DNA of 64,000 bases, taken from contig CAMSMU010000001.1 in the NCBI GenBank assembly GCA_947061115.1, positions 3,361-67,360 of the forward strand. The letters are read 5' to 3'. The translations under genes were made by a program, and so were the position numbers. Position 1 is the first letter of the stretch, and each line of letters opens with the position of its first letter. The stretch comes from an uncultured Clostridium sp. (GTDB lineage Bacteria > Bacillota > Clostridia > TANB77 > CAG-508). The notes under the pieces were generated by a model. The model made no database searches. It worked only from the letters and a program-made list of their open reading frames with translations, and was not told the origin of the DNA. Positions 20,554 to 30,705 of the stretch are shown here, piece after piece.

Positions 20554-21765
20554 CTACATATATAAAGTGCCTCTCATGCCAATGTTACTACCAGAACTGA
20601 TGGTACTGCCGTAATCACGACTGCCCGCTGGGTAGTAAAGAGCAACAATGTTGTAATAGCCACCACGCTGAACGCAACGAAAGACAGAGTCATAGGTCTC
20701 TGTTGTCCATTCAAAAACATTTCCTCCCATATCATATATGTTTTTTACTGCGTGATATCCTGTATTTTTTAAGCCTCCATTTCCTGAATAATTTCCGCCT
20801 TCACTATTTACTGCATATGTTCCCTCTATAAACTGTAAGGCTGTATCCCATGCATAACTACTACATAATTTTGACTTTCCTGTATACATTCTTTCTGCTA
20901 TAGTTTTCGCTTCATCTCTTGTTATCCAATTATATACTGGTAAATTTTCTTTTATTCTTGCAGTTGCGATTATATTTCCTTCACTACTTTCGTTTCTTGA
21001 ACTATCTGTTCCAACTTCGTATCTACCTAAATAATACCCTCCATATTTTTGTATACTTATTCTTTCATCTTCTGGTAATGCTTCATGATAATAACCTGAT
21101 GTATTATTTACTTTTTGTATCTTATAACTTCCATCTGCATCTTTTTCATATTCTCCATTTGATACTAATACAAATGATTGCCTTCCACTCCAATCATCTC
21201 TTGTAAATGCATATCTATCATATTTTAATGTATTATTTTCTCCATCTAATGAGCATGGAATCCATACAAATTGATTTCCTACTGTATCATTGTTATTTGC
21301 ACTTACATCTTCTATTACTATTCCTTCTTCTACTGTTTGATCAGGGTTTATTACTTTAAATCCTGCTGGAACTACTACTCTATTTCCATTTTTATCTGTT
21401 GTTTCTGTATTTGTTCTTTCTTCTCCTGTTATTTCTTTTAATGGATTTTTATTATTTCCTCCATTTCCATCTAATCCTAAATTCTTTAATGTTTCATCAT
21501 AAGTATTTGCAAAACTCTGCATTTCGCTTGCTTCATTTGCTTCTGCTTCCCTCCATGTATTCGCCGCATTTTTGGCTCTTGTAAATAACCCATTATTGCC
21601 TACTGTTAGGCTTATAGCTATTCCTGCTAATATTAATAACACTATTATTGTTACGACTAATGCTATCAATGTTATACCTGCGGGCGACTGATAGTCGCCC
21701 ATACGAACGTTTTTTATATTCTTTACACCTTTTACCACTTTATTTATCCTCCTTTGTTTTTGCAA
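20554..21765 (-). CDS. prepilin-like (N_methyl-type helix, Ala at +5) protein with C-terminal FGE-sulfatase-like domain
   Basis: GDYQSPAG|ITLIALVVTIIVLLILAGIAI, then a linker, then a domain with YDMGGNVFEWT and RGGYY (FGE/SUMF1-fold motifs). An alternative GTG start at 21738 follows RBS AAAGGAGG. Confidence 0.6.
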   Translation of the reverse strand: MQKQRRINKVVKGVKNIKNVRMGDYQSPAGITLIALVVTIIVLLILAGIAISLTVGNNGLFTRAKNAANTWREAEANEASEMQSFANTYDETLKNLGLDGNGGNNKNPLKEITGEERTNTETTDKNGNRVVVPAGFKVINPDQTVEEGIVIEDVSANNNDTVGNQFVWIPCSLDGENNTLKYDRYAFTRDDWSGRQSFVLVSNGEYEKDADGSYKIQKVNNTSGYYHEALPEDERISIQKYGGYYLGRYEVGTDSSRNESSEGNIIATARIKENLPVYNWITRDEAKTIAERMYTGKSKLCSSYAWDTALQFIEGTYAVNSEGGNYSGNGGLKNTGYHAVKNIYDMGGNVFEWTTETYDSVFRCVQRGGYYNIVALYYPAGSRDYGSTISSGSNIGMRGTLYM

Positions 21766-22039
21766 TTTATTTTAATTGCTTTTTATTATTTATATAATAT
21801 CATTTTTTATTTTGCAATTATTATTAGTTGCTTTATTTTACTTATTTTTATTATTATTTCTATTATTGAATTTATTATTCTTTTGTTTAATATTATCTTT
21901 TTTAGGGAGATTTATAATCGTCCCTACAATTTAATTTATAATAAAAAATTTTTTTATACTTATCTTCTCTTGTTACATATATGCTACTTTCCTCCTTTTT
22001 CAACCAATTTTGACTGTCCCCTTTGGTTGCCCCTGCAAC

Positions 22040-22230
22040 CACAAAAAACTATGCTTTTTAGATTTCTCTAAAAAACATAGTTTTTCTACGTTTACGTAAT
22101 TCTATTTCATTAAACCTTACGATATATATATATATATATATACAGTATCAGGTGTTTTAACGTTTTTCATTTGCTTTTTCCTCGTATTTATTTTTACATA
22201 TTTTATCATATCCAATTTTGTCTAACAATA
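22040..22230 (-). promoter_or_regulatory. repeated leader element, copy 1: promoter, (TA)10, leader ORF 22117..22170 and terminator-like hairpin
   Basis: Minus strand carries TTGTTA-17-TGATAAAAT. GAGGAAAAAGCAA precedes ATG AAA AAC GTT AAA ACA CCT GAT ACT G(TA)10 TCG TAA, giving MKNVKTPDTVYIYIYIS. The hairpin is AAAAACTATGTTTTTTAGA-GAAA-TCTAAAAAGCATAGTTTTT followed by TTTTTTG. Confidence 0.55.
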
Positions 22231-22386
22231 CTAACTTATTATTTTACATCATTAAATATTTAAAACTATTGAAGTTATTATATATAACTTGTTGTGCTGC
22301 CATTACTGTTTCGTTTTTTATTTCTTCTTTGTTATATTGAACATCAAATTGATTATTAGGCTAATTAGTATTTTGATTATTTTTCA

Positions 22387-23248
22387 CTATTTTAATGTTG
22401 CTAATCCTATAAAACGTACTCCTTGATAAGATACATTACCTACATTTGCTTCAGCACATTTGCTAGTAAATCGCCCATATAGTATTCTCTCATCTTGATA
22501 ATAATCACAAATCCCTTTAGTAATTGAATATCGAGAGTCAACTGTAGCTATATTATATGCATAAGCCTCTGATACCAAAAAATCTATTTTATCGATTTCA
22601 TTTGGATAATTCATATATAAGCTATATTTACCTTCTTGTAAATTATAACCTGGAGTCATATATGAATAAAATAGACACTTTTTTCCACCTAATTTATATA
22701 TATAGAATTTTCCATGCCCATTGTTACCGATAACTTCCTCTAGTTTCTAATTGTTCTAGTGTCCTATTATCCTTTTCATTCATTTCATTTTGTATATTTT
22801 CATATTTTTCATTAAGATTAGTATATTTATTCTCTAAATCTGCTAATTTGTTCATTAGTTCTTCGATATCAGCATTTGTATTTGTTTCTGTATTACCTTC
22901 TATCTTTATCTCATTTCCAAACTGTGTTAACATTTCTATTTCATTTTCTTCAGCTTGTTTATATTTTTCTACTGCTTTTTTTGCTCTTGATATTATTCCA
23001 TTATCTCCTAAGGTAAAATTTATTGTTATACCTGCCAATATTAATAAAACTATTATTGTAACAACCAATGTTACTAATGTTATACCTGATGGCGACTGAT
23101 AGTCTCCTCTACATTCGTTCTTTTTATTCATCTTTATTACTATATTAGATAATCTTCCACCTTCTCTACTTTTTAATTTATTATTAAAAAACTTTTTCTT
23201 ATAGTTAGCTTCTTTTGCTACATACATCCTACTTTCCTCCTTTTTCAA
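22387..23248 (-). pseudogene. prepilin-like protein with coiled-coil linker and C-terminal HG-YIY domain; +1 C frameshift joins ORFs 22724..23248 and 22387..22659
   Basis: N-terminus RGDYQSPSG|ITLVTLVVTIIVLLILAGITI. The coding strand reads TTATCGGTAACAATGGGC; without the C it continues GSYGNNGHGKFYIYKLGG into the downstream ORF. The inserted base is at plus 22727..22729 (ccg). Confidence 0.6.
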
Positions 23249-23299
23249 CCAATTTTGACCGTCTCCTTTGGTTGGAATTCTTTGTTTTTGTTTATTTTA

Positions 23300-23490
23300 C
23301 GCAAAAAACTATGCTTTTTAGATTTCTCTAAAAAACATAGTTCTTTCTACGTTTACGTAATTCTATTTCATTAAACCTTACGATATATATATATATATAT
23401 ATACAGTATCAGGTGTTTTAACGTTTTTCATTTGCTTTTTCCTCGTATTTCTTTCTATATATTTTATCATTTTATTTTTTTTCGTTCAAC
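23300..23490 (-). promoter_or_regulatory. repeated leader element, copy 2: promoter, (TA)10, leader ORF and terminator-like hairpin
   Basis: TTGAAC-17-TGATAAAAT promoter. Leader ORF and (TA)10 match copy 1. Hairpin at 23305..23342. It is followed by hairpin CAACCAA..TTGGTTG and RBS AAAAAGGAGG, then ATG TAT GTA of the 22387..23248 gene. Confidence 0.55.
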
Positions 23491-23509
23491 CATTAGTTTT
23501 AAATTACTA

Positions 23510-24296
23510 TTATCCTAATGCAACATCTAATATCATCATTATTATAAAACCAACTATTAACCCTAATGTTGCTAAATTTTTATTTTCTTTTATTGATTCT
23601 GGTAATAGTTCTCTTGCTACAACTGAAATCATTGCACCTGCTGCAAATGAAAGTAAAAGTGGCAATATACTCCTTATACTCAAAACCAATACTACTCCAA
23701 TAACTGCTGATATAGGCTCTACTAATGCTGATGCCTGCCCAATCATAAAACTTTTAAATCTAGAAAATCCTTCATTTCTTAATGGTAAGGAAACTGCTGC
23801 ACCTTCTGGAAAATTTTGAATACCTATACCTAATGCAAGCATAATTGCTCCTATTAGAGTCATTCCTGGTACTCCACTTGCTATACCTCCAAAGGCAACA
23901 CCTACTGCCATCCCTTCTGGTATATTATGAATTGTAATTGCAGATATTAAAAGTATACTTCTTTTTAATGAATCTGCTTTTTTTAAATTATCACTATTCT
24001 TTAATACCTTATCTAAAAATCTATCAGATAATAGCACGAAAAGTCCTCCAAATACAAAACCTATAGTTGGAAATATCCAAGCTATGTATCCTAATTCATT
24101 GGATAAATCTATTGCTGGTGCAAGTAAAGACCAAAATGAAGCTGCTAACATTACTCCAGCACTAAAACCTAAAATTGTATCTAATACTTTTTTGTTCATT
24201 TCTTTGAAAAAGCATACAACTAAAGCTCCTAATGCTGTTACTCCTCATGTAAATGTTGTAGCAATTAATGCTTGAACTACTGAGTTTAAATTTTCA
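23510..24296 (-). pseudogene. ZIP-family (ZupT-like) metal transporter with an in-frame TGA
   Basis: The N-terminus begins at a TTG start with RBS AGGTGA and reads (M)NWFENLNSVVQALIATTFT. It stops at TGA (plus 24241..24250, tcctcatgtaa) where Trp of TWGVTALGALVV is expected. The rest is ORF 23510..24199 and carries the HNIPEGMAVG and NFPEGAAV ZIP motifs. Confidence 0.6.
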
Positions 24297-24399
24297 AACC
24301 AATTCAATTTTTTCACCTCACATTACATAATATGAGTTATTTTTGTATTATGATACTACTTTTAGTTTTATATAATAGGAGTTCTTTGATCTTTCTATT

Positions 24400-24428
24400 A
24401 TATAAAAAGGCGATTTATAATCGCCCCT
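24400..24428 (-). terminator. rho-independent terminator (GGCGATTTATAATCGCC hairpin)
   Basis: Perfect 7-bp stem at 24409..24425, followed on the minus strand by CTTTTTATAT. It lies downstream of the 24453..25739 gene. Confidence 0.55.
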
Positions 24429-24452
24429 ACAATTTATGAATATTTAAGTTGT

Positions 24453-25739
24453 CTATTTCTTTTTTAGAAATTTGTAATTACCTTTAAAATGTAATAATGT
24501 AAATATTATGGCTACTACTGCACATATAATTACTATACTAAAAATTATCCATATATATTTATTAGTTTTGCTTTTTTCATTTTGATTTATATTTTCATCT
24601 TCTAATTTTATTTTTTCGATTTTATATGCATTTTCTAATAACTTTTGATTTGTATTTTGTTCCTCTATATATTTTTTCTCATCTTCAATATTTCTTTTAT
24701 ATACTTCTATTTGATATTTTTTATTACTTATTTTATCTGGAGATGTTACTAATATTGTTACTAAATTATTTCCTTCTTTTAAGTTGTCTTTTCCATTTAT
24801 TTCTACTACAGATTGTTCATTTTCTGGAATTGCTAAAATATTAATACTGTTTTTATCATTTGCTATTTCTGCTTTATAATTAACTTGGTTGACATCAAAT
24901 GGTACATTTAATAAAATATTTTCTATTGCTAATATTTCTAAATTTGTATTAGATAATTCAATATTATCTGTTTTTGTTACATTAATATTATAAATATTTT
25001 TTTCACTATTATCTTCTGAAATTACTTCAATAGATATTTTATTCAATCCTTTTTTTAATTCTTTATTTCCATTTATATTTACTGTTGAATTAGGATTTTG
25101 AGCAATTGCCAATACTTCTATATCTTTTATATTTTCTTCAGTTGTCAAATAATACTCATACACATCTGAATTAAATACTGGATGTGTTCCCTCTATATCA
25201 AGTCTTAAATCTTTTAATTTTGCATTACTTATTTCTGTATTAGTTCCTTGCTCTTCTTCTAATTGCTTTTCTAACTTAGTTTGCTCTCTTCCTATTTGTA
25301 TTTGTTTCTCTTTAAAATCAATTTCTATTAATTCTTCTTTTGCATTATAAAATTCTCCTTGTACATTGAAAGTTGCTAATCCTTCGTCCTTTGCTCTGAA
25401 TTTTAATTTTATAAGTTCTCCTTCTTTTCCTTCTAATCCACCTGTGTCATCATGCCAAACGAACATTACTCTATCTTCTATTACATTTGTATTTTCAATA
25501 TTTGATACATATTCAAATTTTAGTTCATCATAATATATAGATATGCTAAATGCCCCTGTTTTTGTATCTTTTAAATTTATAGTTAATTCTATTTCTTCTC
25601 CCTTTTCTATTATATCTTCATTACTTTCTATATACACTATTCCTTTATTTGCTGCATACGTATAAGTATTTGCACAAAATATTAGCATTATAATATTTAT
25701 TAAAATTATTAATTTATTCTTCATGTGCTGTTCCTCCAT
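24453..25739 (-). CDS. cell-surface protein: signal peptide, cohesin-like domain, two cadherin-like beta-sandwich domains, C-terminal TM anchor
   Basis: Signal peptide, then a cohesin-like segment ELTINLKDTKTGAFSISIYYDELKFEYVSNIE. Two repeats follow, of the form LSN..L..L.I......F....Y......V.V, and the protein ends at IWIIFSIVIICAVVAIIFTLL. Confidence 0.5.
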   Translation of the reverse strand: MEEQHMKNKLIILINIIMLIFCANTYTYAANKGIVYIESNEDIIEKGEEIELTINLKDTKTGAFSISIYYDELKFEYVSNIENTNVIEDRVMFVWHDDTGGLEGKEGELIKLKFRAKDEGLATFNVQGEFYNAKEELIEIDFKEKQIQIGREQTKLEKQLEEEQGTNTEISNAKLKDLRLDIEGTHPVFNSDVYEYYLTTEENIKDIEVLAIAQNPNSTVNINGNKELKKGLNKISIEVISEDNSEKNIYNINVTKTDNIELSNTNLEILAIENILLNVPFDVNQVNYKAEIANDKNSINILAIPENEQSVVEINGKDNLKEGNNLVTILVTSPDKISNKKYQIEVYKRNIEDEKKYIEEQNTNQKLLENAYKIEKIKLEDENINQNEKSKTNKYIWIIFSIVIICAVVAIIFTLLHFKGNYKFLKKK

Positions 25740-25743
25740 TAAT

Positions 25744-27993
25744 CTATTGTTCTATTTGTTTTAAATTTAATATATGCCTTTGTATTAATAGTAAATCTAC
25801 TGATGTTGGATTTTTTCCGTCCTTATTTATATTAGAAGCTTTTTTGTATATTTGTTTTAATGGCTCTATTTGTAATATATGACGTTGCAATACTAATAAG
25901 TCTACACTATTAATTTTACCATCACCATTTGCATCACCATATACAATAATTTGATATTGTCTAATAACTTTCCCATCTTCCTTAATTCTTATTTTACTTC
26001 CCGTTCCTACAATACCTGTATCCTCTATCAATTCATTTTTCTTATTTACTATTTCTATTTCTAAATCTGTAATAATTTTATCTTTTACATCTAAAACTGT
26101 ATTGCTAGAATACTCTATTCCGCTAATTTCAAAACTATTTACTTTAAGTGGATTTTCAAAGTAAATTTCTGAATCATCCATTTTTCTTACAACATTTACT
26201 GTACATTCTGCTTTTATATCACTATTTTCGTTTGAAGTCACAGTTATTTTTGTTGTACCTTCTGATTTTGCTGTTATAATTCCATTTTGGTCTATATCTG
26301 CTATACCTATGTCTGAACTACTAAATGTATAGGTATTATTATCTGAATCTTCTGGATAAATATATGCATTTATTTTAAATTCATCTTCTATTTGCATATA
26401 AATTTCTTCTTGATCTAATTCAATGTTAGTAACTGGTGTATATACTTTTATTTTAATTTGACTTTGTACATTGTTTTCCATAGCTTTAACAGTAATTGTG
26501 GTTTCTCCTGAAGAAATTGCCTTAATATTTCCTTTTTCGTCTACTGTTGCAACATTAGGATCACTTGAGGTAACTCTAATTTGATTATCTTTTGCTTCCT
26601 CTGGTAATATTTCTATTTCTAATTTTTTTCTTTCTCCTTTTTTTAATATATTATTGTCTAAGTTAATATTAATTGCTTCTATTTTAGCATTTGGAATTTC
26701 TGTTACATATGATCCGAAAATATATCCAATAATACCATTTTCTAATATTATTTTATCCCATCTTTCTCCTGATTGAATTCCCCTTCCTATTCTTACCATT
26801 TTATCTTCTTTATTTATTGTTGTAATTATTTCATATGATGTTGATGGTCCTGTTCTAATATTAACATTACTACCATTACAATAAGCTCTAGTATTATCTG
26901 TTACAAAATCATTAGAATTTATATTAGGATTTTTTGTAGGTGTAGATGGCATATTATTATATACAGGTATTATAAATGTAATAGGAGTTTCTAATAATCC
27001 ACTTTTTTGATATCCATTATATATTGACTTTGATTCACTAAAAGGTGCTAATACGTTTGTCATATATTGATGTGTAAATAATGTTCCATTTCTATCATCA
27101 TTTACATCAAACTTTTGAAGATAAATTGTATTTTGTCCTACATTTATATAACTAGATCCTATAAATATTCCTCCACCTGTTATTGACCTTTCTTTTGTAT
27201 TCCATGGAATTAAATATTTATCTTTAACTGATTGACTTGCACCTTTTCCATCTCTTGCATATTGAAGACCATTTTTTATTGCTCCCATTGGTTCTGCTGA
27301 ACTTGTTGCTCCAATATTATAAAAGTTATAAAGTCCCTTAAAGCCTTCTACATTACCACTAATGGAACTATGAGATAAGAATGGACCTACTTCTTGTTTA
27401 ATACGAGAGGCCAAATGATATGGACTAACTCTCGATACTTGTCCACCTCTTAAAATCAAATCCGAATATTTTTCATTCATGTTTATATTATTTCCATAAG
27501 CATCTAAATACGATACTTTTCTATTATAAAATTCTGTTCCATATAAAATTTTTTCAACACTGTCTAAATTATTTGTATGCTCTTCATATGATAATGCTTC
27601 AAATTGAAATAATCGTACTTCATTTAAAAAATTTCTTGGATCCATACAAAATTCTACTGCCTCTCTTGAACTATCTACCCATCCACTATCTACTTCAACA
27701 TTATATTGTCCTGGTGTAGTATTTTTCCAACTATCTGAATAATTTTTAGGTACTAAATTTTTTCCAAAAATGTTTTCTTCATTTATTACATAATTCCAAT
27801 CAAGGTTTGTATATAAAGCTTTAAATTGCCAATTTGGATGTTTTTTGGATATTTCCTGTAAATATGGTCTATAGCTACTTGGGAAATTTTCTATTCCATA
27901 TAATTTGTCAGAGGCATTAACTTTTATATTTAAAATTATTAATATTACTAATATTATCATTATAATAATTATATTTATTTTTTTATTTTTCAT
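25744..27993 (-). CDS. peptidoglycan hydrolase (GH73 glucosaminidase-like) with SH3b, two Big_2 domains and a C-terminal type I dockerin
   Basis: Dockerin duplicated segments GDANGDGKINSVDLLVLQRHIL and NINKDGKNPTSVDLLLIQRHIL. Two Ig-like Big_2 repeats (ITVKA..., ITVTS...). N-terminal signal and glucosaminidase-like catalytic region. Confidence 0.6.
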   Translation of the reverse strand: MKNKKINIIIIMIILVILIILNIKVNASDKLYGIENFPSSYRPYLQEISKKHPNWQFKALYTNLDWNYVINEENIFGKNLVPKNYSDSWKNTTPGQYNVEVDSGWVDSSREAVEFCMDPRNFLNEVRLFQFEALSYEEHTNNLDSVEKILYGTEFYNRKVSYLDAYGNNINMNEKYSDLILRGGQVSRVSPYHLASRIKQEVGPFLSHSSISGNVEGFKGLYNFYNIGATSSAEPMGAIKNGLQYARDGKGASQSVKDKYLIPWNTKERSITGGGIFIGSSYINVGQNTIYLQKFDVNDDRNGTLFTHQYMTNVLAPFSESKSIYNGYQKSGLLETPITFIIPVYNNMPSTPTKNPNINSNDFVTDNTRAYCNGSNVNIRTGPSTSYEIITTINKEDKMVRIGRGIQSGERWDKIILENGIIGYIFGSYVTEIPNAKIEAININLDNNILKKGERKKLEIEILPEEAKDNQIRVTSSDPNVATVDEKGNIKAISSGETTITVKAMENNVQSQIKIKVYTPVTNIELDQEEIYMQIEDEFKINAYIYPEDSDNNTYTFSSSDIGIADIDQNGIITAKSEGTTKITVTSNENSDIKAECTVNVVRKMDDSEIYFENPLKVNSFEISGIEYSSNTVLDVKDKIITDLEIEIVNKKNELIEDTGIVGTGSKIRIKEDGKVIRQYQIIVYGDANGDGKINSVDLLVLQRHILQIEPLKQIYKKASNINKDGKNPTSVDLLLIQRHILNLKQIEQ

Positions 27994-28003
27994 ATCTACC
28001 TCT

Positions 28004-28636
28004 TTAAATAACTTCTCTAGCTTTAACTATTGTTCTCTTACTTGAATCATTTGTACATGTAATTAATGTTGTTTCTCTTCTTCCTTCTGTTGCTTGTGAT
28101 AAACAATCTATGTTTTCTGGAGGAACAACATAAATATTATAAATCTCATATTCAACTTTTCCTATATTACGATCAGAAATTGTCAATTTATCTCCAACAT
28201 TTAACTGTTTTAAATTATAAAACATATTTTTATTTCGTGGTGCATTGTGTCCTGCAACACATAAATTTCCTATTTTATTTGGGTCTGCTCCCCAAAATTT
28301 AGCCACAGATTTATTAAGTGAATCCTCTGTATATTCTTCTAATATATATGTTTCAAGGTTTATTTGAGGAATTACTAATTTAGCTGATACTTTATACCCT
28401 CTATATTCTTCTATTATTTCTTCTTTAGGGTATTCTTTTTGTATTACTTCATTATTTTCTTCAATTTCATTTTCTACATTATTCATTATGAATAAATTTT
28501 TCATAGCATTTTGTGATGATTCCCCTATATCAGGTACTTCATTTTTAGCATCTCTATATATTTCTAAACCTATCCATATTATAAAAATAATTATTATCGG
28601 AATTAAAATATAATTTATATTTTTCTTTTTTATCAT
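28004..28636 (-). CDS. sortase
   Basis: N-terminal TM anchor, His motif LCVAGHNAP, Cys motif TLITCTND and a downstream Arg; 210 aa. Confidence 0.7.
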   Translation of the reverse strand: MIKKKNINYILIPIIIIFIIWIGLEIYRDAKNEVPDIGESSQNAMKNLFIMNNVENEIEENNEVIQKEYPKEEIIEEYRGYKVSAKLVIPQINLETYILEEYTEDSLNKSVAKFWGADPNKIGNLCVAGHNAPRNKNMFYNLKQLNVGDKLTISDRNIGKVEYEIYNIYVVPPENIDCLSQATEGRRETTLITCTNDSSKRTIVKAREVI

Positions 28637-28674
28637 TTTAGTAAATATCCTTTCATAAAACTTAAAATCTATGT

Positions 28675-28700
28675 AAATGCGGACTTTGCAGTCCGCTAAA
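28675..28700 (-). terminator. hairpin terminator after the cohesin-LPXTG gene
   Basis: gcggactttgcagtccgc, a perfect 7-bp stem, at 28679..28696. Confidence 0.4.
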
Positions 28701-28717
28701 TTACAGAAATGTTCTTA

Positions 28718-29758
28718 CTATTTTTTCTTTGTTATGCTATAAGCACTTATTCCTACTAAACCTACTAAAACTGCTACTATTGGTATATAAATATTGCTAC
28801 CTGTTTTTGGTAATGTTGTAGGTTCTGTTTCTTCTGATGGATTTTCTGTTGGTGTATTTTCTACTGGTGGTTCTTGTTCATCAGGATCTTGTGCTGGTGG
28901 TGTTACAGGTGAATGTTCTTCTAATACTGCAAAATTAAATTCTTTTTCTGCTATTACACTATCACTATTATCTCTATCTATTAATTTTAAGGTAATAGTA
29001 TAATTTCCTTGTTCACTAAACATTGCTCTAGTTTGTAAAATTTGCATTACATCTTTTCCACCTATTGCAAATCCTTGGGCGTCTCCCCAACCACTTTGGA
29101 TAATATCATGTTCTAAGTCATTTTCATCATTTGCTAATAATTGTACTGTTGCTCCAGTAGGTGCAGTATATTCTGCAACTAATCTGGCATGGTTATAATA
29201 TCTACCCATTGCTGAAGAATAAGAAAGTGTCATTTCTTTTTCTTCTCCTTTTACTATTTCTCCTGTATATTCTAATTTTAATTCATAATCTTGATATTCT
29301 GGTTCTACTGTTACATTTTTAACAATTGGTGTTGTAATATCATCATATGTTACAGATGCATCAGAATTTGCTAATCCTTCTGCTGTTATAGTAAATTCTG
29401 TTGGATTAGATGTAGTAATCCCTGTTTTTGCATTAAATTTAATTGACATATTTGCTCTTGGATTTGTTCCACCTGTTGCATCATAATAAGTTACTCTTAC
29501 TTTATCTGCTGTGTCATTAGCTGTTCCACCATCTACTGATGCATATTCAAAAAGATTATCATCATAAGCAATATCAAATGTGTATGCACCTAAATCTTCT
29601 CCAAAATTTATTGTAACTTCTACTTCTTCTCCAGGTCTAACTATAGTTTTACTTGTATTAATATCTATACTATCTAATGACGCTGCATAAGTTCTAGTTG
29701 AGAAAATTATTAATGATAGCACTGCTAAAATTGAAAAAATATTAATAATTTTTTTCAT
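28718..29758 (-). CDS. LPXTG-anchored cohesin-domain surface protein
   Basis: Signal peptide, a cohesin-like N-terminal domain (GEEVEVTINFGEDLGAYTFDIAYDDNLFEYASVDGG), a Pro/Glu-rich stalk, and LPKTG plus hydrophobic segment plus KKK at the C-terminus. Confidence 0.7.
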   Translation of the reverse strand: MKKIINIFSILAVLSLIIFSTRTYAASLDSIDINTSKTIVRPGEEVEVTINFGEDLGAYTFDIAYDDNLFEYASVDGGTANDTADKVRVTYYDATGGTNPRANMSIKFNAKTGITTSNPTEFTITAEGLANSDASVTYDDITTPIVKNVTVEPEYQDYELKLEYTGEIVKGEEKEMTLSYSSAMGRYYNHARLVAEYTAPTGATVQLLANDENDLEHDIIQSGWGDAQGFAIGGKDVMQILQTRAMFSEQGNYTITLKLIDRDNSDSVIAEKEFNFAVLEEHSPVTPPAQDPDEQEPPVENTPTENPSEETEPTTLPKTGSNIYIPIVAVLVGLVGISAYSITKKK

Positions 29759-29894
29759 TACAAAATCCTCCTTTTTTCGATTTATGTTTTTATTATTTGA
29801 CTTTTTAAAATTTATTATGCATCAATATCATTTACAATTTTTTCATTTTCAATTTTGTTCAAGATTTGCAAAATTTTTTTAAAATTGTAAAAAA

Positions 29895-29932
29895 TATAAA
29901 AAACACTGCAAATTAATGCAGTGCTTTTTCTT
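29895..29932. terminator. bidirectional terminator
   Basis: Hairpin CACTGCA-aattaa-TGCAGTG with a T-run after it on the plus strand and AAAAAA before it, which gives a T-run on the minus strand. Confidence 0.55.
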
Positions 29933-29975
29933 GACATTCTACTTTATGAATTCAGAAAGTGATTATAGAACATTA

Positions 29976-30671
29976 TTACTTGTTTGACATTATGTAATAA
30001 GCAATCGTTTTAATAAATTCTGAGGATGTAGGATTTCCTTTATCAGGTGATATTGTACTTCCAAAAATTTCATTTACAATATCCATTCGATTTATATTCC
30101 ATGCAGTTATTATTGCACATCTTATTAGCCGTTCAACTGCTGCAGGAGTTGTATTATATTTTTTTGCTATAGCTGGATACAACTCTTTTGTAGGTGATAA
30201 CATTTCTTTTTTACACCTAATTATAGCTTCTATTAAGTACTTATATCCATTAAGATATACTGGTATCCCCAACATATGCAGATATCCTATTACTTCACGC
30301 TCCTCTATTTTTTCTTCATCTGTAATCTGCATATCCAGATTTACACGTTCGGCAATCAATGCAATGAATTCTTCATTTTTTGGAGTTACATAATTTTCGG
30401 ATACCATATATCCAAATATATTTTCCAACTTTCCTGTCCAATCCATCACATCTCTTAGCTGCTTACGCATTGTGCTTTGTATGTCTGCAACTCCATGTTT
30501 CTTTGCTATTTTTTTATAGATGTCAATTGCTGACTTTGATTCTTTATTTAAGTACATTATAATTGCTTCTTTAAAATACTCATATGACTTATTTTTATGT
30601 GGTATACCTATCATCTGAAGGTACTTTTCTATTAATACTTCTGTTGTTAATTCTTTTTTCTCATTTGTCAT
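29976..30671 (-). CDS. tandem Spo0A C-terminal (DNA-binding) domain protein with no receiver domain
   Basis: Two repeats match the Spo0A_C signature: IGIPHKNKSYEYFKEAI..IYKKIAKKHG and LGIPVYLNGYKYLIEAI..LYPAIAKKYNTTPAAVERLIRCAIITAW..NPTSSEFIKTIAYYI. Confidence 0.6.
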   Translation of the reverse strand: MTNEKKELTTEVLIEKYLQMIGIPHKNKSYEYFKEAIIMYLNKESKSAIDIYKKIAKKHGVADIQSTMRKQLRDVMDWTGKLENIFGYMVSENYVTPKNEEFIALIAERVNLDMQITDEEKIEEREVIGYLHMLGIPVYLNGYKYLIEAIIRCKKEMLSPTKELYPAIAKKYNTTPAAVERLIRCAIITAWNINRMDIVNEIFGSTISPDKGNPTSSEFIKTIAYYIMSNK

Positions 30672-30705
30672 TGCTTTCCTCCATTAAATAGTATTATATA
30701 AATAC

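Noticed and set aside
24236-24238. In-frame TGA in the ZIP transporter as selenocysteine or Trp recoding
   Set aside because: Homologous position is Trp (TWGV). No SECIS-like hairpin follows, and the genome otherwise uses TGA as stop. A TGG to TGA substitution is the simplest reading.
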